Positions 50,964 through 61,939 of a stretch of 64,000 bases of DNA are shown here, one piece after another (the stretch's first letter is position 1; each line of letters begins with the position of its first letter). The DNA is from an uncultured Chloroflexia bacterium (GTDB taxonomy: Bacteria; Chloroflexota; Limnocylindria; Limnocylindrales; CSP1-4). Location: NCBI GenBank assembly GCA_963734535.1, contig CAVTHS010000006.1, positions 207,901 to 271,900 of the forward strand, written 5' to 3'. The position numbers and the translations under genes are program-made. Under the pieces are notes generated by a model. The model made no database searches. It saw only the letters and a program-made list of their open reading frames with translations, and had not been told where the DNA came from.

Positions 50964-53900
50964 AGATCCAGGACTTCGCTGCGTTCTCCGCGGCGCGCGA
51001 GGCCGGGCTGGCGAAGCTGCTCCCCGGCCGGCCGCGCATCTCGGTCGGCATGGGCACGTGCGGCTCCGGGAACGGCGCCGAGGCCGTCTACCACGCCTTC
51101 AAGTCCGAGATCGACGCCCGCGGCATGGCCGTGGATCTGGTGCCGGTCGGCTGCTTCGGCTTCTGCGCCGAGGAGCCGCTCGTCAACGTGTGGGTGCCCG
51201 GACACCCGCTGCTGATGCTCCACCGCGTGCAGCCGAAGCACGTCGACGCGATCCTGACCGGCCTCGGCCACGGCACGCTGCCGGCCGCCGAGCTGGTGCT
51301 GTGCAAGATCGAGGAGTGGGACCACCTCACCGGCCGCGTGAAGTACGGCACCGGCTACCCCGACGTGCCCAGCTGGAACGAGATTCCGTTCTTCAACGGG
51401 CAGGTGAAGATCGTCCTGCGGAACTGCGGGCTGATCAATCCCGACGACATCGAGGAGTACATCGCGATCGGCGGGTACCAGGCCCTGTACAAGGTCCTGA
51501 TCGACCAGAACCCGGCCGGTGTGATCGAGCAGATCAAGGCGGCGAAGCTGCGTGGCCGCGGCGGCGCCGGCTACCTGACGGGCAACAAGTGGGAGTTCCT
51601 GCAGAAGGCGGCCGGGCCCGAGAAGTACCTCGTCTGCAATGCCGACGAAGGCGACCCCGGGGCCTACATGAACCGCAACGAGATCGAGTCCGACCCGCAC
51701 GGGCTCCTCGAGGGCATGATGATCGCGGGCTTCGTCACGGGCGCGCCCAGGGGGATCATCTACGTCCGTGCCGAGTATCCCCTCGCGGTGCTGCGCCTCG
51801 AACGCGCGATCGAGCAGGCCCGGGCCTACGGGATCCTGGGCGACAACGTTCTCGGACGCGGGTTCAGCTTCGACATCGAGACGGTGGAGGGTGCCGGCGC
51901 CTTCGTGTGCGGCGAGGAGACCGCGCTGATCGCGTCGCTCGAAAGCCAGTCCGGCCGGCCGCGGTCGCGCCCGCCGTTCCCGGCGCAGAAGGGCCTGTAC
52001 GGCAAGCCGACCAACATCAACAACGTCGAGACCTGGTACAACGTCGCGCCGATCGTCTCCAAGGGCCCGGCCTGGTTCACCGAGACCGGCAGCACCAAGA
52101 GCGCGGGCACGAAGGTGTTCTCGCTGGTCGGCAAGGTCCACAGCACCGGCCTGGTCGAGATGCCGCTCGGCACGCCGCTCTCGAAGTTCATCTACGACAT
52201 CGGTGAGGGCGGCACCAACGGCCGCGAGATCAAGGCCGTGCAGACGGGTGGCCCCTCGGGCGGCTGCATCCCGGCGGAGATGTTCGACACGCCCGTCGAC
52301 TACGAGACGCTCGCACAGCTCGGCTCGATCATGGGCTCCGGCGGCATGGTCGTCATGGACGAAGACAACTGCATGGTGGACGTCGCCCGCTACTTCATCG
52401 AGTTCACCCACTCGGAGAGCTGCGGCAAGTGCGTCCCGTGCCGCGTGGGCCTCGACAAGGCCCTGAGCATGCTCAACGGCTTCACGCTCGGAACGGCCAC
52501 GCACGAGGACATCGGGGCGCTCGACGAGCTGTGCCGCATGGTCCGCGACACCTCGCTCTGCGGGCTCGGCCAGAGCGCGCCGAACCCCGTTCTCACCAGC
52601 CTGCGCCACTTCCGGCACGAGTTCGAAGACCATATCGTGGCCAAGCGCTGCCGCGCGGGTGTCTGCGAGGAGCTGGCGCTCTCGCCATGCGAGAACTCGT
52701 GCCCGCTGCACATGAACATCCCGCGCTTCCTCCAGCTGTACAAGGAGGAGCGGGTCGAGGATGCCTTCCTGTCCGTGATCCTCGACAACCCCCTGCCGGC
52801 TTCGACGGGGCGCGTCTGCCAGCACCCATGCGACAACCGCTGCCGTCGTGCCGCGCTCGACGAGCCCGTGAACACGCGCGACGTGCACCGCAGGATCGCC
52901 GACGAGGTGCTGCTCTCCGCTGCGTTCGAGCCGATGGTGAGCCGCGTGCTGGAGCGACGGCTCGAGCCGACCGGGCGCGAGGTCGCGATCGTGGGCGCCG
53001 GTCCCACCGGCCTGACCTGCGCGTACTACCTCGCCCTGCTCGGTCACAGCGTGACCGTCTACGACCCTCGTCCCGCCGCCGGCGGCATGCTCCGCTACGC
53101 CCTGCCGGAATACCGGCTGCCGAAGGCGGTGCTCGACAAGGAGATCGAGCTGATCGAGCGCCTCGGCGTCAAGTTCCAGTTCAACGTGAAGGTCGGCGAG
53201 GACCTGGCGCTCAACGACGTGGCGCACCAGTTCGACGCCGTCTTCCTGGCGATCGGGACCTGGAAGGAGGCGTGGGTCTACCTGCCGGGAACCGAGCTCG
53301 CGGGCGTGATCCCGGCCCTGCCGTTCCTCGAAGCCGTGTCGCGCGATGAGCAGGTCCCGATCGGGAAGAACGTGGTCGTGATCGGCGGAGGCAACGCCGC
53401 GATCGACTCAGCGCGGACCGCGCGCCGGCTGGGCGCCGACGTGACGATCGTCTACCGCCGCGAGCGCAAGGACATGCCGGCGATCCCGGAAGAGATCGAG
53501 GCGGCCGAGCACGAGGGCGCCAAGGTCGTCTACCTCGCCGCGCCCCATCGGATCGTGGGCGACAAGAACGGGCAGGTCCGCGCGATCGAGGCAGTCAGGA
53601 CGAAGCCGGGCGAGTTCGACACCTCGGGCCGCCGCACGCCGGTACCGACGGACGAGGTGATCCGCATCGAGTGCGACAGCGTGATCCTCGCCGTGGGCGA
53701 GAAAGTGGACCCCGACTTCTGCAAGGCCTCCGGCCTGGTTGTGGAGGAGGCCGGCACGATCCAGGTCGATCGCTATTCGCTCGAGACCAGCCGCGACCGG
53801 TTCTACGCAGGCGGCGACCTCATCACCGGGGCGTCGAACGTGTCGAACGCGATGGGGATCGGCAAGAAGGCCGCCCGCAACATCGACAAGCGGTTGATGG

Positions 53901-54115
53901 GGCAGGAGCGTTTCCCGAGCCTGATCCCGGACTTCGCCTACGAGATGGTGCCGCCCGAGACACCGAGCGAGTCCGCCCGCCACGTGCCCGGCGAGATGCC
54001 CGCCGCCCGGCGGGTGCAGTCGTACGCCGAGGTGTCGCTCGGCCTGACGGCTGCAGCGGCGATGGAAGAGACGGCCCGGTGCCTTCGCTGCGACGTCCGC
54101 AGCGTCGAGAGATAG
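50960..54115 (+). CDS. hoxF: NuoF/HoxF-like FMN subunit fused to a GltD/NfnB-like Fe-S flavoprotein domain (1051 aa)
   Basis: 'LRGRGGAG', 'CNADEGDPG', 'GAFVCGEETAL', 'ESCGKCVPCR', then 'PCENSCP', 'GRVCQHPCDNRC', 'GAGPTG', 'GGGNAA..YRR', 'RCLRCD'. Confidence 0.9.
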   Translation: MKIQDFAAFSAAREAGLAKLLPGRPRISVGMGTCGSGNGAEAVYHAFKSEIDARGMAVDLVPVGCFGFCAEEPLVNVWVPGHPLLMLHRVQPKHVDAILTGLGHGTLPAAELVLCKIEEWDHLTGRVKYGTGYPDVPSWNEIPFFNGQVKIVLRNCGLINPDDIEEYIAIGGYQALYKVLIDQNPAGVIEQIKAAKLRGRGGAGYLTGNKWEFLQKAAGPEKYLVCNADEGDPGAYMNRNEIESDPHGLLEGMMIAGFVTGAPRGIIYVRAEYPLAVLRLERAIEQARAYGILGDNVLGRGFSFDIETVEGAGAFVCGEETALIASLESQSGRPRSRPPFPAQKGLYGKPTNINNVETWYNVAPIVSKGPAWFTETGSTKSAGTKVFSLVGKVHSTGLVEMPLGTPLSKFIYDIGEGGTNGREIKAVQTGGPSGGCIPAEMFDTPVDYETLAQLGSIMGSGGMVVMDEDNCMVDVARYFIEFTHSESCGKCVPCRVGLDKALSMLNGFTLGTATHEDIGALDELCRMVRDTSLCGLGQSAPNPVLTSLRHFRHEFEDHIVAKRCRAGVCEELALSPCENSCPLHMNIPRFLQLYKEERVEDAFLSVILDNPLPASTGRVCQHPCDNRCRRAALDEPVNTRDVHRRIADEVLLSAAFEPMVSRVLERRLEPTGREVAIVGAGPTGLTCAYYLALLGHSVTVYDPRPAAGGMLRYALPEYRLPKAVLDKEIELIERLGVKFQFNVKVGEDLALNDVAHQFDAVFLAIGTWKEAWVYLPGTELAGVIPALPFLEAVSRDEQVPIGKNVVVIGGGNAAIDSARTARRLGADVTIVYRRERKDMPAIPEEIEAAEHEGAKVVYLAAPHRIVGDKNGQVRAIEAVRTKPGEFDTSGRRTPVPTDEVIRIECDSVILAVGEKVDPDFCKASGLVVEEAGTIQVDRYSLETSRDRFYAGGDLITGASNVSNAMGIGKKAARNIDKRLMGQERFPSLIPDFAYEMVPPETPSESARHVPGEMPAARRVQSYAEVSLGLTAAAAMEETARCLRCDVRSVER

Positions 54116-54126
54116 GGAGTATCGCC

Positions 54127-54834
54127 TTGACCGAGAAGGTGAAGGTCCGCATCGACGGCGAGGTGATCGCGGCGACCGCCGGCCAGACGATCCTCGAGGT
54201 CGCGCGAGCGAACGGCAAGTACATCCCGGCCCTCTGCTACATGGAGGGCCTCAGCGCGGTCGGCGCATGCCGGCTGTGCATGGTCCAGGTCGCCGGTGTC
54301 GCACGCCTGCTGCCGGCCTGCACCACGCCCGTGCAGGAGGGCCTGGCGATCGACACCACCTCGACGCAGCTCCATTCCTATCGCAAGATGGCGCTCGAGC
54401 TGCTGCTCGCCGAGCGCAACCACGTCTGTGCCGTGTGCGTGTCCTCCGGTCACTGCGAGCTGCAGGCCCTGGCCCAGGAGCACGGGGTCACGTACGTTCG
54501 CTACCCGTACAACTTCCCGCGACTCGCCGTCGACACCACGCACCCGCGCTACGTGCTCGACCACAACCGCTGCGTGCTCTGCTCGCGGTGCGTGCGCACC
54601 TGCGCCGAGATCGAGGGCGCGCACGTCTGGGACATGGCGGGTCGCGGCATCGATACCCGGCTGGTCTCCGAGCTGAAGCGGCCCTGGGGGGAGGCCACCA
54701 GCTGCACCAGCTGCGGCAAGTGCGTGCAGGCATGCCCGACCGGCGCGATGGCTGAGAAGGGATGGGCGGTCGAGGAGATGACGAAGCACCGGACGGTCGT
54801 CAGCCGCCTCACCTCGATGCGCGAGGGCCAGTGA
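54127..54834 (+). CDS. hoxU: Bidirectional hydrogenase Fe-S subunit
   Basis: 'GACRLC', 'HVCAVC..SGHCELQ', 'RCVLCSRCVRTC', 'CTSCGKCVQACPTG'; TTG start. Confidence 0.92.
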   Translation: MTEKVKVRIDGEVIAATAGQTILEVARANGKYIPALCYMEGLSAVGACRLCMVQVAGVARLLPACTTPVQEGLAIDTTSTQLHSYRKMALELLLAERNHVCAVCVSSGHCELQALAQEHGVTYVRYPYNFPRLAVDTTHPRYVLDHNRCVLCSRCVRTCAEIEGAHVWDMAGRGIDTRLVSELKRPWGEATSCTSCGKCVQACPTGAMAEKGWAVEEMTKHRTVVSRLTSMREGQ

Positions 54835-55379
54835 TGGACAAGGTGAAGATCGGAACCTGCTGGCTCGACGGGTGCTCGGGCTGCCACATGTCGCTGCTCG
54901 ACATGGACGAGGGGATCGTCGCCGTGCTGCGGAAGGCCGACATCGTGTTCGGGCCACTCGTCGACGCGCAGGAGTGGCCCGAGGGCGTCGACGTGGCCGT
55001 GATCGAGGGCGCGGTCAGCAGCCAGGACGACCTCAAGCTCGCCCGGACCGCCCGGGCGCGCAGCAAGGTCGTGGTGGCGCTCGGCGACTGCGCGGTGACC
55101 GGCAACGTGCCGTCGCTGCGCAACGGCATCCCCGTGCGCACGCTGCTCAAGCGGGTCTACGTCGAGGGCGCGACCGAGCGACCGGGCAGCGAGCCACCGA
55201 GCGTGCCGACGGACGGCGTGCCCGCGCTGCTCAAGCAGGCGGAGCCGCTCCACTCGGCGATCAAGGTCGATGTCCACGTTCCCGGCTGCCCGCCCAGGCC
55301 CAACGCGATCCTGTTCGTGCTGAGCGAGCTGCTCGAGGGCCGTACGCCCGACCTCGGCTCCAAGATGCGGTTCGGGTAG
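54834..55379 (+). CDS. hoxY: [NiFe] hydrogenase small subunit
   Basis: 'WLDGCSGCHMS', 'LGDCA', 'PGCPP'. Confidence 0.93.
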   Translation: MDKVKIGTCWLDGCSGCHMSLLDMDEGIVAVLRKADIVFGPLVDAQEWPEGVDVAVIEGAVSSQDDLKLARTARARSKVVVALGDCAVTGNVPSLRNGIPVRTLLKRVYVEGATERPGSEPPSVPTDGVPALLKQAEPLHSAIKVDVHVPGCPPRPNAILFVLSELLEGRTPDLGSKMRFG

Positions 55380-55480
55380 GGCGGGCCATGGCAACCAGGA
55401 AAGCTGCGTCGCCGACGCAGGGTCGCGAGCCCGTCGCGGATGCGGCCGCCCAGCCGCCGGCGGGGGCCAGGAGACCAGCC

Positions 55481-56902
55481 ATGAAGAAGATCATGATCGA
55501 TCACGTGTCCCGCATCGAGGGTCACGCCAGGATCACGATCAAGCTCGACGACGCGGGGCAGGTGTCCGGCACCCAGTTCCACGTGACGCAGGTCCGCGGC
55601 TTCGAGAAGTTCATCGAGGGACGGCCGTACTACGAGATGCCGTCGATCACGTCGCGCATCTGCGGCATCTGCCCGGTGAGCCACCTGCTCGCCTCGTCCA
55701 AGGCGTGCGACGCGATCATGGCCGTTCGCATCCCTGCCGCCGCGGCGAAGCTCCGCGAGCTCATCCACTGCGCGCAGTTCGTCCAGTCGCACGCGCTGTC
55801 GTTCTTCCACCTCTCTGCCCCCGACCTGCTGCTGGGCATGGAGTTCGATCCCGCCAAGCGCAATGTCGCGGGGCTGCTCGAGGAGCACCCCGACGCCCTG
55901 CGGGACGGGATCGCGCTGCGCAAGTTCGGCCAGCAGGTGATCGAACGGCTTGCCCGGGAGCGCATCCACCCCTCGTGGATCGTGCCCGGCGGCGTCAATG
56001 CCCCCCTCGACCCGCACGCCCGGGAGATGACGCTCGCCGAGCTGCCCGGGGCCATGGCGATCGTGAAGCGCACGCTCGCGCTCTGGAAGGGGACCGTCGA
56101 GCGCTTCCCGGACGAGATCGACTCCTTCTCGAACTTCCCCACGATGTACTGCGGCCTCGTCGGGCCGGACGGCTCGCTGCGGCTCTACGACGGCAACCTT
56201 CGCTTCGTCGGCCCCGATGGCAGCATCGTCGCCGACCAGGTGGCGCCCGACGACTACGCGACGTACATCGGCGAGGCGACGCTACCGGACTCGTACCTGA
56301 AGGCGCCGTACTACAAGCCCGTCGGCTACCCCGACGGCATCTACCGCGTCGGCCCGCTCGCTCGCCTCAACGTCGCCGACCGGTGCGGGACGCCGCAGGC
56401 CGACGCCGAGCTCGAGGAGTACCGCGGGCGGTTCGGTCGCATCGTCCAGAGTGGCTTCCACTACCACTACGCGCGGTTGATCGAGGCCCTCTACGCCCTC
56501 GAGCGCATGCAGGAGCTGCTCGACGACCCCTCCACCGTGGGGACCATGGTCCGCGCCCACGCGGGCGTCAACGACCTCGAGGGCGTCGGCGTCATCGAGG
56601 CCCCGCGCGGCACGCTGATCCACCACTACAGGGTGGACGCCAACGGCGCCATGACGTGGGCCAACCTCGTCGTCGCGACCGGCCACAACAACCTCGCCAT
56701 CGGCCGGGGCATCCTCCAGGTGGCCAAGCGATTCGTCGACGGCAACAAGATCCGGGAAGGCGCCCTCAACCGCGTCTCCGCCCTGGTCCGTGCCTACGAC
56801 CCCTGCCTCAGCTGCTCCACGCACGCCCTCGGCATGGTCCCGCTGGCCATGCAGCTGCGAGGGCCGGATGGTCAGCTGCTCGACGAGGTCAGAACGGAGT
56901 AA
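55481..56902 (+). CDS. hoxH: [NiFe] hydrogenase large subunit, group 3d-like (alternative start 55388)
   Basis: 'SRIEGH', L1 'RICGICPVSH', L2 'DPCLSCSTH' plus a cleavable C-terminal extension. Confidence 0.95.
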   Translation: MKKIMIDHVSRIEGHARITIKLDDAGQVSGTQFHVTQVRGFEKFIEGRPYYEMPSITSRICGICPVSHLLASSKACDAIMAVRIPAAAAKLRELIHCAQFVQSHALSFFHLSAPDLLLGMEFDPAKRNVAGLLEEHPDALRDGIALRKFGQQVIERLARERIHPSWIVPGGVNAPLDPHAREMTLAELPGAMAIVKRTLALWKGTVERFPDEIDSFSNFPTMYCGLVGPDGSLRLYDGNLRFVGPDGSIVADQVAPDDYATYIGEATLPDSYLKAPYYKPVGYPDGIYRVGPLARLNVADRCGTPQADAELEEYRGRFGRIVQSGFHYHYARLIEALYALERMQELLDDPSTVGTMVRAHAGVNDLEGVGVIEAPRGTLIHHYRVDANGAMTWANLVVATGHNNLAIGRGILQVAKRFVDGNKIREGALNRVSALVRAYDPCLSCSTHALGMVPLAMQLRGPDGQLLDEVRTE

Positions 56903-57019
56903 TCCCAGTCCGGGGGGTGCGGGCCGGCGGCAGCCAGACGGTCATTCGTCCCGCCTGCTCGAGGGCCGTCACAACCTGGATGTGCCGGCCCCCGGCTCAG
57001 CTTCGTGCTGGTAGGCCGC

Positions 57020-60000
57020 TCAGCTGCAGCCGCTCGTGGAGCCGCAGTTGAGGCACTTGTAGCAGCTCCCGTTGCGGACCATGATCGAGCCGCAGTCGGC
57101 GCAGCTGGGCGCGTCCTCCTGGATCTTGAACGCGGTTCGCTCCGCGCTCAGCGAGGCCGTCAGGGCCGACACCGCGCCGGCCTTGCCGTTGCCGTTCGTG
57201 TGACCGTTCCTTGCCTCGACGGTGCCCAGGTCCGCCTTCGCGACCACGGGCGGTCCGGACCGGCCGGTCGTGTCCGGGGCCGTCGTGGCGGTCGTGGCCG
57301 TGCCGGTCGCAACCGCGGTCGTGGCCGGCGGCTCCTTCGCCTCGTCGATCGCGGACGGACCTTCCTCCGGCTGGGGGGCGAGCGCCCCGCCGAAGGCGAA
57401 CGGCGTCGCCCCGACGATGGAGCCGTGCTCCTGGAGCCCGAGCGCCGCCCTGTCGTCGCCGACGAGGAAGCGGCTGCCGAGCCAGCGGAAGATGTAGTCG
57501 ATCACCGACTTCGCGATCGGGATCTCCGGGTTTCCGGTGAAGCCGGACGGCTCGAACCGAACGTGGGCGAACTTGTTGATGAGGTCGCGCAGCGGAACGC
57601 CGTATTGCAGCGAGAGGCTGATCGCGGTGGCGAAGGTGTCCATCAGGCCCGAGACCGTGGAGCCTTCCTTCGCCATCTTCAGGAAGATCTCGCCGGGCTG
57701 CCCGTCCGGGTAGAGGCCCACCGTGATGTAGCCCTCGTGGCCGGTGATGTCGAACTTGTGGGTGACCGCGGCCCGCTCCGCCGGGAGGCGCCGGCGATGC
57801 GGCTTGAGCGCCTCGACCTGCGCGGCCGCGAGCTTCTTGCGCAGCTCGTCGACGACGTCGGAGGCGGCCTTCGTCTCGTCGTCGCTCTTGAGCTTGCTGG
57901 TGCTGAGCGGCTGGCTCCGCTTGCTGTTGTCGCGGTAGATCGCGATCGCCTTGAGGCCCCGCTTCCAGCCCTCGAGGTAGATCTCCTCGATCTCCTCGGC
58001 CGTCGCGGCCTCCGGCATGTTGACGGTCTTGCTGATCGCGCCGGACAGGAACGGCTGGACTGCCGCCATCATCCGGACGTGGCCCATCGGGAGGATGGAG
58101 CGGACGCCGTTGCGGGGCTTGAACGCGCAGTCGAAGACCGTGAGGTGCTCCGGCCTCAGGCCCGGGGCGCCCTCGATCGTCTCGCGCTCATTGATGTAGG
58201 CGACGATCTCCTCGACCTGGTCCGGCGTGTACCCGAGCTTGCGGAGGGCGCCGGGCACGGTCCCGTTGACGATCTTGAGGTAGCCCTCGCCGACGAGCTT
58301 CTTGTACTTGATGAGCGCGATGTCCGGCTCGATGCCGGTGGTATCGCAGTCCATCATGAACGCGATGGTCCCAGTTGGGGCGAGCAGGGTGGTCTGCGCG
58401 TTGCGGTAGCCGTGGCGCTCGCCGAGCTCGTAGGTCTCGTCCCAGAGTGCGCGGGCGGTCGCGCCGAGGCCGGCCGGGACGCCCTCCGCGGGGATGTGGG
58501 CGGCCGCCTTCGCGGTGCATGTCGATGACGTGCATGAACGGCTCGCGGTTCTTCTCGAACTCGATGAACGGGCCGCCGTGGTCGCGGGCGATGACGGCAC
58601 TCTGCCGGTAGGCCTCCGCGGTCATGACCGATGTGATCGCGCCCGCGTACGCCTGCCCGGCGGCTGAGTCGTAGGCGAGGCCGCGGCTCATCAGCAGGGC
58701 GCCCAGGTTCGCGTAGCCCAGGCCGAGCGGCCGGAAGCGGTGGCTGTTCTCCTCGATCTTCGGCGTGGGGTAGCTCGCGTTGTCGACGAGGATCTCCTGG
58801 GCCGTGATCGTCACGCGACAGCCGTAGCGGAACGCGTCGACGTCGAGCTCGCCGTCCTCGCCGACGAACGTCATCAGGTTGAGCGAGGCCAGGTTGCAGC
58901 TGGTGTCGTCCAGGAACAAGAATTCGCTGCAGGGGTTCGTTGCGTACTGGCGGTCCGTGTTGGAGACCGGGTTCCACGCGTTGATCGTGGTGTCGTACTG
59001 GATCCCCGGGTCTCCGCAGACGTGGGCGGCGTCGGCCATCCGACGGAAGATCTCGCGGGCCCTGTGGGTGCCCATGGGCGCGCCCCCGACCACCGCGTGC
59101 GTGGTCCAGTCCCCGTCCGCCTGCACGGCGCGCATGAAGTCGTCCGTCACGCGGACCGAGTGGTTCGCGTTCTGGAACCCCACGCTCCCGTAGGCCTCGC
59201 CGGTGAACAACGCGTCGTAGCCCTGCTCGATGAGCGCCCAGGCCTTCTTCTCCTCGAGCTTCTTGCTGTCGATGAAGTCGAGGATGTCCGGGTGGCCGAC
59301 GTCGAGGATGACCATCTTCGCCGCACGCCTGGTCTTGCCGCCTGAGTTGTGGGAGACGATCCCGTTCGCGACGAACGCGTGGACGTCCGGGACGGTGAAG
59401 TCGTACGTCAGCGCCTGCCCTGCGTCGGCGACGTTCACGACCTCGTCCCAGAGGTATTCGTCGTCGAGGACGCGCTCGATGGTTCCGCCAATTCCGGGCG
59501 AGAGGCGCGCGACCTGGTCGACGAGACCGGGGATCGCCCGCGTCCGCGCGTACGAGACGTTCTCGCTCGACCGGTTGAAGATCCCGAAACCTGTGTGCAC
59601 GGCTTCGCCGTTCGTCGCCCGGGCCCAGCCGTTGCGGCCCGTGAGGAGTGATCGCAGGGCGGGCACGAGCCCCGGGATGACGTCGAGGTTCGGGTTTCGG
59701 CTCGCTGGCACAGCGGCGAGCGCCGCGGCAGCCTCGCGCTTTCGAGGTGTGACGAGGTAGGGCCGGAGAAGGCGCGCGAAACGCGCCACCTCGGCGCCGA
59801 GGAAGGTCAGTCGCTGGTAGCCGTTGATCGTCGACCGGCGCCCAACGACGCCCAGGTTGAGCGCGATCAGCTGGATCTCCTCGGCGAGGCGACGGGAGGC
59901 GGTCGCGATCTCGAGCCGGGTCGGGCCCAGGTGCGCATCGCCTTCGGCGTATGCAGCGAGGAACTCGAGCACGAGCGACCGCGGAGAGCGGCGGATCGAG

Positions 60001-61545
60001 AGCGGGATGCCCTTGACGGCCGACAGGCCGGCCGGCAGGCCGCAGAACGCGAGGAACTGGAGAGCGCCCTGCCAACTGAGTGTGACGGACTCGGTCCGCA
60101 CGCCCGTGCTGGCATTGATCCGACCGCGGACCTGGCCACGGGGATCGACGCCGAAGACGGATTCGATGCAGCGGCAGTAGTCGGCCATCACCTCCGGATC
60201 GGCGGAGCTGAAGCGGAACCGCTCTTGCTCGACGGATCCCTCGGCCACGAGGTAGCCGAGGAGGCGGGCAAGCTCGGGGTTCATCTCGGTCGGGTAGCGC
60301 AGCGCTCGCCGCTCGACGACAAGGTCTGGCGCGAACAGGTCGAGCGAAGGCGCAACGGACGGCCACAGCTCGCGGCGGCGCTCGACGGCGACGCGGTCCC
60401 CGGCCTTGAGATCGGCGAGCCGCGTCCAGCGGAGCTCGAATGGCGAGGCCAGCGTGAGGACCGGGTGCTCGTGCGTGCCGGTCAGCTCGAGGCCAGTTCG
60501 GAGCGTCACGCGGCGGACATCCGCGAGCGGGCTCCGATAGATGTGCGAGATTCGGGTCGGCCCGGCCGGCGTGTTGAGCGTGAGCGAGTCGTCCTCGACG
60601 AAGCCGACCGGACCATCCACCTCGATCGCCTCGTCGATCCGGAGGAGCCCGCCGCCCGTCGCAACATAGGCATCGGCCGTCAAGCACTTCACGACGCCCG
60701 CAAATGCGTCGTAGCCGCGCATGAACGAGACGGGGCCGCTGGCCGTTCCGCCGCCGGCCATCTTCTCCCGGGATGAGCGGATGGTGGAGAGGTTGCTGCC
60801 CGCGCCGGAGCCGAACTTGAAGAGCATCGCCTCCGTCTTGGCCAGGTCCATGATGCTGGTCATCGAGTCCTGGACGGAGTTGATGAAGCAGGCCGAGCAC
60901 TGCGGCTTGGCCTCGATCCCCACGTTGAACCAGACCGGCGAGTTGAAGCTCATCTTCTGGTGGACCAGGAGATGGGTGAGCTCCGCACCGAACGTGGCGA
61001 GGTCCTCGTCCGTCGCGAAGTAGTGCTGCGTCTCCGCCCAGGCGGTGATCGACTGCACGACGCGATCGATCAGCTGCCGGACCGACGTCTCGCGCTCCGG
61101 CGTGCCGAGGTGGCCGCGGAAGTACTTGCTGACGACGACGTTCGTGGCCAGCTGGCTCCAGAAGGCGGGGACCTCCACGTCCTTCTGCTCGAAGACGAGC
61201 TTGCCGGACTCGTTGCCGATCGCGGCTGTCCGGATCTCCCAGGGGATCTCGTCGTAGGGATGCACGCCGGGCCGGGTCCAGCGACGCTCGAACGTGAGGC
61301 CACGGACGCCATCGCCCGTGAACCGGAGCGCGTCCATCGCGGCGCGCGCCGCGCGGTCCGCGTCGTCCCGCAGCCCCCTGGCGGCCGCGAAGGCGGCCTC
61401 CGCGCCGGCCCTGACGGCCGCCGAGCCGACGAGGTCCGAAGCTCCGGCCGCAATCCCCGGCGCGTCGGAGGCTCCCTTGCGACTCTTCCGGGGGGGTTCC
61501 GTCCTGCGCCACCACCGGGGCGACCTCGCGTGCGGCTCGTGCCAT
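57020..61545 (-). CDS. nrdJ: Class II (B12-dependent) ribonucleotide reductase with intein (apparent frameshifts at ~58515 and ~61490)
   Basis: 'FNSPVWFN', 'SACFI', 'TNPCSEF', 'CNLASLNL', 'APTGTI', TSCPD domain and C-terminal zinc ribbon; RBS GAGGGAG before the ATG at 61545. Confidence 0.95.
59346..60686 (-). mobile_element. Intein with LAGLIDADG homing endonuclease (447 aa)
   Basis: Extein 'AGVVK|CLTADA...FVANGIVSHN|SGGKTRR'; LAGLIDADG-like 'LLGYLVAEGS' and 'FLAAYAEGDA'. Confidence 0.95.
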
Positions 61546-61741
61546 CTCTGCGCTGCTCCCTCACCGAACCGACGGGTCCCCCCGCCGCGGGTCATGCCGG
61601 CGGTGTGGCCGGCGCTCCTCGTAGACTGCGACGGCCTCGGCGTGGGATGCCGGTCGACCGTTCGTCTCGCCGCCGTGGGTCCGGTCCGGGCCTCCGCGAG
61701 TCTTCCTCGAGAGGGCTCACCCGGTGGCGAGCGGTCCCGTG

Positions 61742-61770
61742 ACTGTACGTCGCGACACGGGCCGCGTCAA
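61742..61770 (-). promoter_or_regulatory. Proximal sigma70 promoter of nrdJ
   Basis: TTGACG-17-TACAGT on the minus strand. Confidence 0.7.
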
Positions 61771-61778
61771 TGCCCAAA

Positions 61779-61827
61779 CCACAACATCTTGTGGTGCCTC
61801 ACCCGGCCGCACCACAGCATGTTGGGT
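61779..61827. promoter_or_regulatory. Tandem NrdR boxes
   Basis: CCACAACATCTTGTGG (61779-94) and CCACAGCATGTTGGGT (61812-27), 33 bp apart, upstream of nrdJ. Confidence 0.88.
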
Positions 61828-61939
61828 TTCGCAGGGTCGAGCGTGGACGCCGGCGACGCACGGGTGGACCGGCTCGGGGCGCCCTTCGGCGCCGCGACCC
61901 GGGGACGGGCGGGGTCGCCGCACCCCGGCCCAAGGGGAC

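Noticed and set aside
61546-61740. Cobalamin riboswitch in the nrdJ leader
   Set aside because: No recognisable B12-box or GGGAA core motifs.
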